Shown piece by piece: positions 19,105-28,933 of a stretch of DNA of 64,000 nucleotides. The stretch spans positions 25,721 through 89,720 of IMG/VR virus record IMGVR_UViG_3300026488_000018. One strand, given 5' to 3'. Each line of letters starts with the position of its first letter. Position 1 is the first letter of the stretch. Under the pieces are notes generated by a model. That model was not told the DNA's origin. It saw only the letters and a program-made list of their open reading frames with translations, and did not search any database. Origin of the DNA: a virus. A program made the translations under genes and the position numbers.

Positions 19105-19141
19105 ACTAACTTCGCGGTATTGTTTTTGGAGGTGTTAGGTT

Positions 19142-19390
19142 ATGTATAATGAAGATAGTGCGTTTGCTCAGTTTTTAAGTGAGTTGGGTGTGCAAGTTTC
19201 GATGGTTGCGCGGTATGGCGGGGTATTGATTATTTACCCAACTGATACAGACGTGAAGATTTTGTATATTAGAGACGAAAAGGATTTAAATAAGGCGGTG
19301 AGTAAAATTAAAGCAGAAGTTGTTTGGCTTGATGAGGATAAGCTCAGGAGGGAGATGTTGAATGCCAAGGATTTTGAAGGAGATATTTAG
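19142..19390 (+). CDS. hypothetical protein
   Basis: 82-aa ORF with GGAGGTG RBS and own TTTAAA box. Confidence 0.65.
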   Translation: MYNEDSAFAQFLSELGVQVSMVARYGGVLIIYPTDTDVKILYIRDEKDLNKAVSKIKAEVVWLDEDKLRREMLNAKDFEGDI

Positions 19391-19461
19391 CCCCAAGCAC
19401 GGCGTATCATTTTTTCGAGGTAGAGGGTCGGAATGGTTGGTATATCGTTGAATGGGACATT

Positions 19462-20526
19462 TTGAATGATTTTTGGTGGTGTTCTTGCCCTGGGTATATG
19501 TACAGAAAGAAATGTTCGCATATTGATTATGTTAAGGGGGAGGTTGATATGGTTATAAAGTTAAGTGAGATTCTTAAGGGTAGTAGTATTAGGGAGTTTG
19601 ATAGTCCGATTAAGGCGTTGAATGAAATATTTGGCGGCGCACCGTTTACAGATTCAGCGATTTTTGGTATTGTTGCGGCATATAAGGCGGGTAAAACCCT
19701 GATGAGCATTGAACATGCTTTTTATTTTGCGAATAAGGGGTATAATGTTTTATACATTGATACAGAGGGGTCAAGCAAGACGATGTTTAAAAAGTGGGCA
19801 CCAGTATTTATGGAGAAGTACGGTTTGAGCGAGGAAGAAGTTGATAGAATTGTAATTGAAGATGTTAGGTCATTGAAGCACTTGATGAACTATCTCGGGT
19901 ATCGCATTCAAATTTATGTTAAGAAATCAAGTGGTAAAAAGAAAGGCGATATTGATGAAGATGTTGAGCCATTTGTGACGAATAAGAAGGGCGATGGTAA
20001 GACCGAGGTTAATCTTGAGCGCGTTGATGATAGAGGCCGTATTTGGTATGATGTTAAGAATTACAATATTGATTTCATTATTCTCGATAGCATGAGTAAT
20101 CCATTTAGACCAGTATTTGGAAATAGACAGCAGGATAATCCGACGAAGTCGCAGATTGAGGCGGCGATTATTCAGAAGTTAATTGAACTGCAGGAGGAAT
20201 TTAATGTTGGTGTTATTGTTACGCTACAGGCGAGTTGGAATCCGGCTGATAGTTATGCGAGTATTACCCAGACGAGAGCAAGAGGTGGGTTTAGTGTGTA
20301 TTACAACATAAAGAGAATGGTTTTTATGAATGCGCGTGATGCATCTGGATTTAGAAGTTACAGAAAGATTTGGCTCGTTCGCAGTGAAGACGCTGAACCG
20401 TGGAGTAAGGTAGGTGTTGTTAAGATTACAGACATGGGTTATGTGGATGTTCCGGTCAGTGAGTGGAAGGATGTGTTTACACCATCGGAGCTCAAATTAA
20501 TTGATATCGACTTTGAGGGGGAGTGA
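19462..20526 (+). CDS. RadA/RecA-family recombinase (ATG 19549) with in-frame upstream SWIM Zn-finger segment
   Basis: ALNEIFGG, Walker A AAYKAGKT, YIDTEG, IILDSM; upstream CSCPGYMYRKKCSH = SWIM CxC..CxH. Confidence 0.8.
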   Translation: MNDFWWCSCPGYMYRKKCSHIDYVKGEVDMVIKLSEILKGSSIREFDSPIKALNEIFGGAPFTDSAIFGIVAAYKAGKTLMSIEHAFYFANKGYNVLYIDTEGSSKTMFKKWAPVFMEKYGLSEEEVDRIVIEDVRSLKHLMNYLGYRIQIYVKKSSGKKKGDIDEDVEPFVTNKKGDGKTEVNLERVDDRGRIWYDVKNYNIDFIILDSMSNPFRPVFGNRQQDNPTKSQIEAAIIQKLIELQEEFNVGVIVTLQASWNPADSYASITQTRARGGFSVYYNIKRMVFMNARDASGFRSYRKIWLVRSEDAEPWSKVGVVKITDMGYVDVPVSEWKDVFTPSELKLIDIDFEGE

Positions 20527-20529
20527 TGT

Positions 20530-21612
20530 GTGGATGATGAGGTTATCACAAGAGAACTTTTCTTGTGGATGCGCGCTCATCACGGTTTTCCAATTTTTCC
20601 CCGCGAGGTAGGACGAAAGATAAACAATCAAGTACCACGATGGGTTGCAGATGAGCTTGATTTCTGGGAGTTTTGGGAGAGGTGGAATGTTGATAAATAT
20701 GCGAATATTTTTAGCCAGAGACAGAAGACTATAAGGCTATATGATACAATTTTGTTCGATATAGATTATCACAATGGCGGGGGGTTCCAAGAAATAGAGA
20801 AAGCTTATGAGTATTATGTGAAAGTTCACGACATGCTGAGAGATGCCGGTATTGTTTCTACGAGGGTGTATTTTACAGGAAGGGGGTTTCATGTTTATGT
20901 AGATTTTCCACCAACGAGGTTGGAGTTTTATCCAAAGGTGATAGATGAGTGGGTATTGTCAACTATCGGTGAAGAAATTTTAAAGTTTGTTGACGTTAGA
21001 GTGTTAGGTGATAGAAATAGAATGGCAAGACTTCCATTTAGTGTGAATAGTTCAACAGGAATGATGATGCTAAGGATTGATGATTTATGGGATTTGGATA
21101 CTATTATAGACAAGAATTTGGAGTTGTATGTTCCGCGGGTAAAGGATTTTGATAATGATTGGTTAGGCGAAGAATTGAAGGATATTGATGAGAAGATAGG
21201 CGAAAAGTTTAAAAATGTAAGAAGAGATAATGTTGTTAGATTGGAGGATTTGAAATTAGATAAATTGGATGATTTGCCCCCGTGCATTAGAGAGGGTATT
21301 GAACGTTTAGCTGCAACAGGAGAATTAGAGTCGACGTGGCGAATGCATATTGCAACATTTTTGATGCGTGTTTGGGGCGTCGAGAGAACGGTTGATGTTT
21401 TTAGACTGGCAGATGATTTTAATGAGGCAAAAACAAGGTATTTCATCAATTATTTTATGGAACACGATTATTATCCACTGAGTTGCAAAAAAGCCAGGGC
21501 ACTGGGTATTTGTAATACGAAGAAGTGTGTATTTGAGGATTTAACTGGAGGATGGTTAGGGGCGTTACTTATTGGAGGGGATAATGATGAAAAAGATAAC
21601 AACGAACGGTGA
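20530..21612 (+). CDS. archaeo-eukaryotic primase, PriS-PriL fusion
   Basis: LFDID, FTGRGFHVY, RMARLPFSVN (AEP catalytic motifs); C-terminal LPPCI...YPLSC..LGIC..C (PriL Fe-S). Confidence 0.88.
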   Translation: MDDEVITRELFLWMRAHHGFPIFPREVGRKINNQVPRWVADELDFWEFWERWNVDKYANIFSQRQKTIRLYDTILFDIDYHNGGGFQEIEKAYEYYVKVHDMLRDAGIVSTRVYFTGRGFHVYVDFPPTRLEFYPKVIDEWVLSTIGEEILKFVDVRVLGDRNRMARLPFSVNSSTGMMMLRIDDLWDLDTIIDKNLELYVPRVKDFDNDWLGEELKDIDEKIGEKFKNVRRDNVVRLEDLKLDKLDDLPPCIREGIERLAATGELESTWRMHIATFLMRVWGVERTVDVFRLADDFNEAKTRYFINYFMEHDYYPLSCKKARALGICNTKKCVFEDLTGGWLGALLIGGDNDEKDNNER

Positions 21613-23785
21613 ACTTACGTATTTTACTGTTAATAGGGATGATGATGTTTTTGTCCGAGTGATGGGTATTGAAGATGGTGAAGTTTTTATAGTTGACGCG
21701 CCAATTAGAGATTATTTGTTTATAGATAAGGATATATCGCAAAGTGTTAAGGATAAAATCAAGAGTTTAGGAGGTATTTTTGTTAATGTTGATATGCGTA
21801 CAGGTGATGAATATAAGAAGCCAGTTGTTAAAGTGGAACTTAGCGAACCAAGTGCAAACGAGTATGTGTCAAGATTAGCGAAGTTGCACAATGTTGGAGT
21901 TTATGAGGATGGTATAAGTTTTACGCGCAGGCTGTTTATTGATGAGATTGCGCAAGTTAAGTATAGGGATTTTGTGTTTTTTGATATTGAAACTGACAGT
22001 AGTTTTGGATTTCCTAAGGAATATGGCAAGTACCCGTTTTTGAGTATTTCTGTATGGGCAAGTGATGGTTCGTGGAGTGATTGGTTTTACATAAAGGATT
22101 ATGATTCGGAACAGGATATGCTGAGGGATTTTATAGCACTGTTACAGAAGAAGAAAATAAGTTTTGTTGTTGGGTGGAATGTTGATTTCGATTATTTCCA
22201 TACGAAGGAGAGATTGAAGTATTTTGGCATGTATGACGAAATGCGGTATTGGCGATTGGTATCAAGATTGGATTTAATGGAGCAATATAAGAAGGCTCGC
22301 CCCGGGTTGGGGAGTTACAGTTTGCATAATGTTAGTATTGAGGAGGGATTTTCGAGGATTAAGGAAATGACTAAGCTACCACACGAGATGACGAGGCAGG
22401 AGTTGTATGAATATAACATGTATGATAGTGAGATTTTACAGTTGATTAATGATAGGTATCAACTTGTTGACGTTGCAAAAGAGGTTGCTCATTATGTTAA
22501 TTTACCAATGAGTGCAGCTCAATCTACTGTTGCGCGATTGGAAACTAAGATGTTTAGACGGTTACACGAACTGGGTTATGTTGGCGTAAGAAGAAATGTT
22601 AATGTTGGTGATGTTGATTATCAGGGTGCAATTGTTTTAGACCCAGTTCCCGGTGTTCACAAAAATGTTATTGTTATAGATTTTAGGTCACTGTATCCCA
22701 CAACGATTATTAACAAGAATATTGATATTCGTGGGTTCAACGGCGAGGTATTTCCATATGTAGTGAAGGAAGCGCTGGATAATAGGTTGAAACATAAACT
22801 CAAGTGGAAGGAATATGAAAAGAAGGCAGAAGAGTGTAAAGAGGGGGGTGACGACGAGTGTGCGAAGGAATATGAACGATTAGCTTTTATTGAGAAGTTG
22901 AAGAGTGACGCTCTTAAGATTGTTGTGAATGGTTATTATGGTGCGAATGCAAACAAGTATTATTATTTCTTCGACCCTGATGTTGCGGCTGCAATTACAG
23001 CAGGCGGCCGAGAAATGCTGATGAAAACCAAAAAATATTTGGAGGATGTGTGGAAATTCCAAATAATTTATGGCGACACTGATTCATTGTTTGTGAAAGT
23101 TGATGACGCATTTAAGGGTAAAGATGTCGATAAACATGAGATTGAGGAGTTCGCGGAGATTATTGCAGCAGATGTAAATGAATATGTTAAGCCATGGGTA
23201 GTTGACGTTGACAAGTTAATCCGCCGTATTATCTTTTTGAGCGATAAAAAGGGAAGGGGTATTAAGAAGAGGTATGCGTATGTTGATTTTGACGGGAAGA
23301 TTAAGATTAAAGGATTGGAAGTTGTTAAAGGTGATTGGCCAAAGTTGACGAAGTGGCTTCAGATGGAAATATTGAAGAAGATTTTGTTGGAAGATGCGAG
23401 TAGAAAGGATATAATGTTATTTGTCAAGGATGTGAAGCGCAGGATGTATAATGGCGAGTTCGACGAATGGTTGATTATAACGAAGAATCTATCAAGAGAA
23501 GTTCATGAGTATGACCAGGGTAGGAAGTTACCTCCGCATGTTACTGCGTATATTAAGGCTGAACAACGTGGAACACCATTTGCAACGCGCCAGGTATCGT
23601 TTGTTTGGACTGTAGGGAAAGAGCGCGGTGTTCCCGAGCCGGAGCCGGTTGTGAGAGTGAGTGATGTAAAGAAGTATAGGCTTGATTATGATTATTATTG
23701 GGAGCATGTTATTTATCCGCCAGCAAAGAGAGTTATAGATAGCGTTTATCCCGTAAATATGTCGATTTTGAATTGGATTAAGTAG
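21572..23785 (+). CDS. polB: family B DNA polymerase
   Basis: Exo FFDIET, GWNVDFD, YNMYD; Pol DFRSLYP, KIVVNGYYG, YGDTDS, KKRYA. Confidence 0.95.
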   Translation: MEGIMMKKITTNGELTYFTVNRDDDVFVRVMGIEDGEVFIVDAPIRDYLFIDKDISQSVKDKIKSLGGIFVNVDMRTGDEYKKPVVKVELSEPSANEYVSRLAKLHNVGVYEDGISFTRRLFIDEIAQVKYRDFVFFDIETDSSFGFPKEYGKYPFLSISVWASDGSWSDWFYIKDYDSEQDMLRDFIALLQKKKISFVVGWNVDFDYFHTKERLKYFGMYDEMRYWRLVSRLDLMEQYKKARPGLGSYSLHNVSIEEGFSRIKEMTKLPHEMTRQELYEYNMYDSEILQLINDRYQLVDVAKEVAHYVNLPMSAAQSTVARLETKMFRRLHELGYVGVRRNVNVGDVDYQGAIVLDPVPGVHKNVIVIDFRSLYPTTIINKNIDIRGFNGEVFPYVVKEALDNRLKHKLKWKEYEKKAEECKEGGDDECAKEYERLAFIEKLKSDALKIVVNGYYGANANKYYYFFDPDVAAAITAGGREMLMKTKKYLEDVWKFQIIYGDTDSLFVKVDDAFKGKDVDKHEIEEFAEIIAADVNEYVKPWVVDVDKLIRRIIFLSDKKGRGIKKRYAYVDFDGKIKIKGLEVVKGDWPKLTKWLQMEILKKILLEDASRKDIMLFVKDVKRRMYNGEFDEWLIITKNLSREVHEYDQGRKLPPHVTAYIKAEQRGTPFATRQVSFVWTVGKERGVPEPEPVVRVSDVKKYRLDYDYYWEHVIYPPAKRVIDSVYPVNMSILNWIK

Positions 23786-23800
23786 GATAAAGCTTTATAA

Positions 23801-24631
23801 ATGAGTTTGTGGTATATAGGTTGGAGGTGTTTGTTAATGGAGAGGCCTTCTGTGGAGGAAATTAGGAAGTTTCTTAGGGAGAATTACGGTCCCGAATGGG
23901 AGGACAGGATTGAGCTCGGGTATAAGTTGTGGGAAAAGAGGTATGGGAAGAGGAATTATTCCGGAAGCATAAATACAAATGCAAGGTACACACCAATACA
24001 TGTAAGTGAGCTTAGGGATAGAATACTCGCAGAGATTGAGGGTATTGTCATTGAGAAGGATGAGTTTTCGTATTGGGGTTGTCCGGTATGTTTTAGGAGT
24101 GCGAATAAGGGTTGCCAGCATTTGGACAATGGTGAAGTTGAGCCGGTTGTTTTGACTGTTGAGAAGATGGTTGTAAATGATGGTACGGGTGATTTAACTG
24201 TATCAAAGATTTTTAAGCCGGACGAGCCGAATATAGTTGAGAATATTTCGATAGGTGATTTGATTAAGGTCCGCGGGTACGTGCGTATTAATGGCGACGA
24301 GAAGAGGCTGTATCTTAATGAAGTTGAGATAGTGAAAGCAGTTCCGAGAGATGAAGAAGATGTTGATGTTCAGGTGAGGGGGAATCTTACTAAGCAAGAT
24401 GATGTCTCAAGTGGAGAGACACAACAGTCAAACAATCAGTCAACGGTAATTCGTATAGATGATTTAGCCGAGCCACTGAAAGGCTTTCTGCGGTATCTCT
24501 CCAATACGGGTGGTATGAAGAAGAGTGTTGCTGAGGCTGTTATGGACAGGAAGGGGCTTACATGGGATGATGTGAAGGATTATGTTGAAATTAAGGATGA
24601 TACAGTTGTTCTTAAGGAGGGTATAATATGA
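23801..24631 (+). CDS. RPA-like OB-fold ssDNA-binding protein with Zn finger; probable start ATG 23837
   Basis: YWGCPVC..GCQH; VVNDGTG; IGDLIKVRG OB-fold pattern. Confidence 0.7.
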   Translation: MSLWYIGWRCLLMERPSVEEIRKFLRENYGPEWEDRIELGYKLWEKRYGKRNYSGSINTNARYTPIHVSELRDRILAEIEGIVIEKDEFSYWGCPVCFRSANKGCQHLDNGEVEPVVLTVEKMVVNDGTGDLTVSKIFKPDEPNIVENISIGDLIKVRGYVRINGDEKRLYLNEVEIVKAVPRDEEDVDVQVRGNLTKQDDVSSGETQQSNNQSTVIRIDDLAEPLKGFLRYLSNTGGMKKSVAEAVMDRKGLTWDDVKDYVEIKDDTVVLKEGII

Positions 24632-25470
24632 ACTTTGAACAATGGCTCGAGAGGAGGTATATTTCTCATTTTATGATGGATGCAATTGATTGGGACCGCA
24701 CGGGTGAGCACGTTACGGATTATGCTCACCCTTGTCCCCGTCAAATTTATTACAAGTTGATTATGCGTAGAAAGGACCCAACGATAGAGAAGAGGTTAAT
24801 AGATGAGAGCAAGGCTAACATTTTTTGGCTGGGTAAGAAGTATCACGAAATACCACTGAGTAACGTTGTATTTAAGAATGGTAGAATAACTGTTGTTAAC
24901 GATGTATGGGAACATTATACCGTGGAAGATACAGATGAGGGGTTTAAGGTTTATGATGACAATGGGTTGTATCTTGGTATTTGGGGCCATGAATTTCCAA
25001 TTTATGATGAGGATTTAAATATTCAGGGAAGAATTGATGACCTTGTATGGTTCGACGGGAAATTGTATATTGTAGATAAGAAGACTGCATCATATATTCC
25101 AAGTGAACCGTATGAGCAGTATAAGAATCAAGTCAGAATTTATGCAGGCCTTTTGCACAAGAATGTTGGTATTGATGCTGATGAGGGGGCGATTTTGTTT
25201 ATTCGAAAGAAGGATATGGTTACGCGCGCTTTCACGTTTGAATTGGGTGATTTGGATAAACTATATGAGTGGTTTAAGGATAGGGTGTTAACTATTCGCG
25301 AGATGATTGAGAAGAGGGAGTTACCCGGGAAGGTTGAGGGGAAATGGTGCCAATGGTGTGATTTTAGAGGTTTATGCGAGATGGATGCAGTAGATGTTCC
25401 GCTAAATATGGATAAACTTTATTACAATAGACCAAAACAGTCAACATTGTTAGAGGTGGTGAAGAAGTGA
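24628..25470 (+). CDS. Cas4-like / PD-(D/E)XK exonuclease
   Basis: CPRQIYY, GRIDD, IVDKKT, QVRIYA, CQWCDFRGLC. Confidence 0.88.
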   Translation: MNFEQWLERRYISHFMMDAIDWDRTGEHVTDYAHPCPRQIYYKLIMRRKDPTIEKRLIDESKANIFWLGKKYHEIPLSNVVFKNGRITVVNDVWEHYTVEDTDEGFKVYDDNGLYLGIWGHEFPIYDEDLNIQGRIDDLVWFDGKLYIVDKKTASYIPSEPYEQYKNQVRIYAGLLHKNVGIDADEGAILFIRKKDMVTRAFTFELGDLDKLYEWFKDRVLTIREMIEKRELPGKVEGKWCQWCDFRGLCEMDAVDVPLNMDKLYYNRPKQSTLLEVVKK

Positions 25471-26228
25471 TTATAGTTGATAAACAAGAGGTTGCTGGGT
25501 TGAAGCGGGCAATTAATGCAGTTAAATCGGATAATAAAAAGCACGATAGACAGCAGAAACTCGATGCATTACTTAGTATTGCTGATGAGGTTAAAGATTT
25601 GAGGGTTGACTATATTATTATTGGGGAGGAGAAGGCGTATTGTTGTGAGAGAAAAGAGATTTCTGATATGCTTGGAGCTTTGCGCGAGGGAAGGTTTTGG
25701 AACCAGCTTAGGAATTTACATATTGAATGTGAAGAAATTAGAAAGAAGTACGGTGTGGAAGCTTATCCAATTTTAATATTGGAAGGTAATGAATATGCCC
25801 AGATGAGGAAGAAGCGAGGGAGGTTAACATATAACCAATGGATTGGAATACTCGCCGGCATTGCTGAGATGGGTATTGGACTTATTAAGACAGGAAGTTT
25901 TGATGGGACAATTAGCGCATTGAAGTTGTTGGATAAGAGGGTGGGGAAGAGTTCCACGAAGTATAGTAGAGTTCCAATTAAGAAGGAATTATTTAACTCA
26001 ATTGACGAGGAAGCTGTACATATGCTAGGTGTTATTAAGAATGTTGGAGTAAAGAAAGCATTGAAGTTACTTAGGAAGTATGGTTCAGTTTATGATGTTG
26101 TTATGCTTGATGTTGATACTCTAAAAAAAGAACTCGGTCAGAAGACTGGTGAACATGTATATGAGGTAATACATTTCAATTTTAAGGAAAATAAAACTCT
26201 CGAGGATTATGTGAAGAGAGGTGGTTGA
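25467..26228 (+). CDS. ERCC4/XPF-family structure-specific nuclease
   Basis: IIVDKQE, VDY, CERKEISD, GRFWNQL, LILEG; C-terminal HhH (NVGVKKA). Confidence 0.85.
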   Translation: MIIVDKQEVAGLKRAINAVKSDNKKHDRQQKLDALLSIADEVKDLRVDYIIIGEEKAYCCERKEISDMLGALREGRFWNQLRNLHIECEEIRKKYGVEAYPILILEGNEYAQMRKKRGRLTYNQWIGILAGIAEMGIGLIKTGSFDGTISALKLLDKRVGKSSTKYSRVPIKKELFNSIDEEAVHMLGVIKNVGVKKALKLLRKYGSVYDVVMLDVDTLKKELGQKTGEHVYEVIHFNFKENKTLEDYVKRGG

Positions 26229-26541
26229 GATGCGTGTTATTGAGCTGGAGGGGGAGTATAGATATGAGTATCCATTTTTAGTGCGAGGTGTTAGTGGTAG
26301 AATGGAGTTTGTGTTTAAGGGTTTTAACCCACCGGCTTTTATTGGAGATATGATGGAAGAAATATGGAACACGGAGTATGTGAATGTCATTGATATGGAA
26401 AATAAGATAAAGAACATTGTTGTTAAGTATGTCAGTGATGATATAAGTGAGTTTAGCGTATCTTTTGTTTATGGAAATAGAACTGACGTATTTAGGTGGG
26501 TGGTTGATTTTGATGATATGGGGGACGAGGAAGAAGATTGA
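26221..26541 (+). CDS. hypothetical protein (possible degenerate T-fold/QueF-like)
   Basis: 106 aa at the head of the deazaguanine cluster; size fits a T-fold but no catalytic Cys. Confidence 0.35.
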   Translation: MVEMRVIELEGEYRYEYPFLVRGVSGRMEFVFKGFNPPAFIGDMMEEIWNTEYVNVIDMENKIKNIVVKYVSDDISEFSVSFVYGNRTDVFRWVVDFDDMGDEEED

Positions 26542-27022
26542 TTTACAGTTAGGTGAGGATGATTATGTTGGTCTAATGAATGTTAGTTCTGAACACGGGT
26601 TTGAGGTAACTAAAGATTATGTTGGCAATTTAGATGATGAGTTGGCGCGGGTACCGTATTTCGGGGTTGTTCAGGAGAATGATGGCTGGGATAATGATGA
26701 GCCACATGTAATTTTTTCCAGGAATGGCCAAATATTTTTTGCCTTTGGTGAGCCAAAATACATGTTGGAAAGAATAGTAAGGAATGTGTTAAAAGGTGGT
26801 TATAAAAAGTTCGCGAATATTAATACAGATTATAATATGGCTTTAGTTGTGGGTAGCCAAGAAGACGGTAGGATTAAACACGTTTATTTGGTTCACAATG
26901 CAGGCAGAATGTTTTATAATGACTGGATATATTCAAACGCTACAGTGACTGCTGACATGAAAGAACTGCTCCCGCGTATTGTTTATGATTGGTGGAATGA
27001 CGTTGTTGTATGGAGGTGGTAA
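26447..27022 (+). CDS. degenerate paralog of the Ntn glutamine amidotransferase; probable start about 26512
   Basis: C-terminus MFYNDWIYS...IVYDWWND matches LYYNEVFYS...IVYDWWND of 28298..28933; lacks N-terminal MCG. Confidence 0.55.
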   Translation: MSLAYLLFMEIELTYLGGWLILMIWGTRKKIDLQLGEDDYVGLMNVSSEHGFEVTKDYVGNLDDELARVPYFGVVQENDGWDNDEPHVIFSRNGQIFFAFGEPKYMLERIVRNVLKGGYKKFANINTDYNMALVVGSQEDGRIKHVYLVHNAGRMFYNDWIYSNATVTADMKELLPRIVYDWWNDVVVWRW

Positions 27023-27258
27023 TAATGATAGGGAAGGGAATTTTTAAGATTGATGATTATATAAGGTTTGGAGAGATGATAGATTGTATGGTTGAAAACG
27101 GCGCAGTTAATTTTATTTTGGTTCCAAAGAAGAATATGTTGGTTGTTGCGTGTAGACTGAGGGATAAGGATAAAGTGATTAAATGCGCAGAGGATTTTAG
27201 CATTGATGGTATTACAGTGAGAGGCGGAATGTCGTGGATAAAGATTAAACTGGGGTGA
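27010..27258 (+). CDS. hypothetical protein
   Basis: ORF overlapping its neighbours in the operon. Confidence 0.55.
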   Translation: MEVVIMIGKGIFKIDDYIRFGEMIDCMVENGAVNFILVPKKNMLVVACRLRDKDKVIKCAEDFSIDGITVRGGMSWIKIKLG

Positions 27259-27458
27259 AGTTAATGGTTTTCGCTGATGTTAGATTTAAGCGAAACGGAC
27301 ATGTTAAGTTTTATACAGATGGGGATAATATTGTTGCAGATTTAGGGGTTATTAAGTTGTATAAGAAGATGAATGGAAGTTCTTTTAGAGAGTTGATACA
27401 TGAGTTTGCTGTTGATATGGACGATGAGATTGTTGAGGAGGTTGTTGTAGATGAGTAA
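27255..27458 (+). CDS. hypothetical protein
   Basis: ORF overlapping its neighbours in the operon. Confidence 0.55.
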   Translation: MKLMVFADVRFKRNGHVKFYTDGDNIVADLGVIKLYKKMNGSSFRELIHEFAVDMDDEIVEEVVVDE

Positions 27459-28284
27459 GGTTGTTATGGGACTTAGCGGAGGATTGGATAGTGTAACTTT
27501 GATGCATTATTATGCTAAATTGAAGAATTGGGAAGTATACCCAGTATTTTTCTATTATGGTCAGAAGCATGGTGTTGAGTGGAGGTATGCAAAGGAGAAT
27601 GTTAAGATTTTGCAAGATGAAGGGTATAACGTCCACGACCTTATAGGAGTTGATATGAGCTTTTATAGCGACTTTATAGCAGGGTATTCTAATTTGGTTG
27701 AAGGAGGAGATGATGTACCAAGACTTGAAGATGTTTTGGGGGAGCCGAATGTTCCGACTTATGTTCCTTTTAGGAATGCAATATTTGCGATGTTGCTTGC
27801 GGGTTATGCAGAATCTCATGGCGCAGAGTACGTGTCACTTGGTATTGAACAAGTTGATGCTTATTCGGGGTATTGGGATACGACGCTGGAATTTGCGAGA
27901 AGGGTGGATGAGGTGTTTGAGCTTAATAGACAAAATAGGATTCACTTGATTGCACCGTTTGTGACACTCGATAAGGCAAAGGAAATAATTATCGGATATA
28001 ATATTGGTGTTGATTATAGTAAGACTTGGACGAGTTATAAGGTTGCTGGTGTAGATGAAGATGGGAATCCGATAGCATGGACAGATGCGCCAAATTCGAG
28101 GGAGAGAATACTCGCATTTGCAAAAGTGGGGTTGAGAGACCCAATCAAGTATGACAGGGAGATAGATTGGGATAAGCTAATTGAGATGTATCAGAGATAT
28201 GATGTTAAGAGGGATTTTAAGAAAGTGTTATCCGAAGTTGAAAAGAATTTGGAGTGCCAGTTAAGCAAGAAATGGTATTGTTGA
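27451..28284 (+). CDS. queC: 7-cyano-7-deazaguanine synthase
   Basis: LSGGLDS, FYYGQKH, TYVPFRNAIF, YWDTTLEF, APFVTLDK. Confidence 0.93.
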   Translation: MSKVVMGLSGGLDSVTLMHYYAKLKNWEVYPVFFYYGQKHGVEWRYAKENVKILQDEGYNVHDLIGVDMSFYSDFIAGYSNLVEGGDDVPRLEDVLGEPNVPTYVPFRNAIFAMLLAGYAESHGAEYVSLGIEQVDAYSGYWDTTLEFARRVDEVFELNRQNRIHLIAPFVTLDKAKEIIIGYNIGVDYSKTWTSYKVAGVDEDGNPIAWTDAPNSRERILAFAKVGLRDPIKYDREIDWDKLIEMYQRYDVKRDFKKVLSEVEKNLECQLSKKWYC

Positions 28285-28297
28285 GGGGGATTGTACA

Positions 28298-28933
28298 ATG
28301 TGCGGTATTGTTGGTTTTAAGGAGTATGTTTCTAATTTTATGGAGGTTTTGGAGAGGAATTCACAGCGTGGTGGGTATTCTTTCGGCTGTGTCATGTTTG
28401 ATAGTGGGGCAGATGTTATAAAGGCAAGACATGACAGGTGGAAGGATTTGATAAAAGATGTGAAGTTTCCATTTTTTGCCCAATTTAGGGCACCAACAAC
28501 GGGGGAACAGGATGAATTTAGGTGGGACGAAAATTATCCACTAATTTTCGAAAAAGATGGGTATGATGTTTATGTATTTGGTAATTGTGTAACGAACGAT
28601 GAATGGTTTAAGAGAGTGAAGGATGAAGATAATAATAACGACATTTACTATATAGGCAAAAATGTTTTAAACAGGGGTTGGAGTTATTTAAGTGAAATTG
28701 AGGGTGTGTTTGCACTGGTGTTTGTGTTTGCTAAAGGAAACAGGGTTGAAAGGGTTATAATGGCGAGGAATACGTATCCGCTGTATTACAATGAAGTGTT
28801 TTATAGTTCGGTTAAATTTGAAGGCCAGAAACCACTGCGCAACGGTATTGTTTATGACTGGTGGAATGATGAAGTGATAGATGAATTTGAGCCATGGGAT
28901 GTTCCATATTTGCTTGAGGAGGTGTTTGGATGA
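28298..28933 (+). CDS. class II (Ntn) glutamine amidotransferase, GAT partner of QueC
   Basis: N-terminal MCGIVG, RGGYSFG, QFRAPT, ENYP; directly after queC. Confidence 0.8.
   Translation: MCGIVGFKEYVSNFMEVLERNSQRGGYSFGCVMFDSGADVIKARHDRWKDLIKDVKFPFFAQFRAPTTGEQDEFRWDENYPLIFEKDGYDVYVFGNCVTNDEWFKRVKDEDNNNDIYYIGKNVLNRGWSYLSEIEGVFALVFVFAKGNRVERVIMARNTYPLYYNEVFYSSVKFEGQKPLRNGIVYDWWNDEVIDEFEPWDVPYLLEEVFG

Noticed and set aside
24628-25470. Cas4 as evidence of a CRISPR-Cas locus
   Set aside because: No cas1/cas2 or array; stand-alone Cas4-like nucleases are common in viral recombination modules
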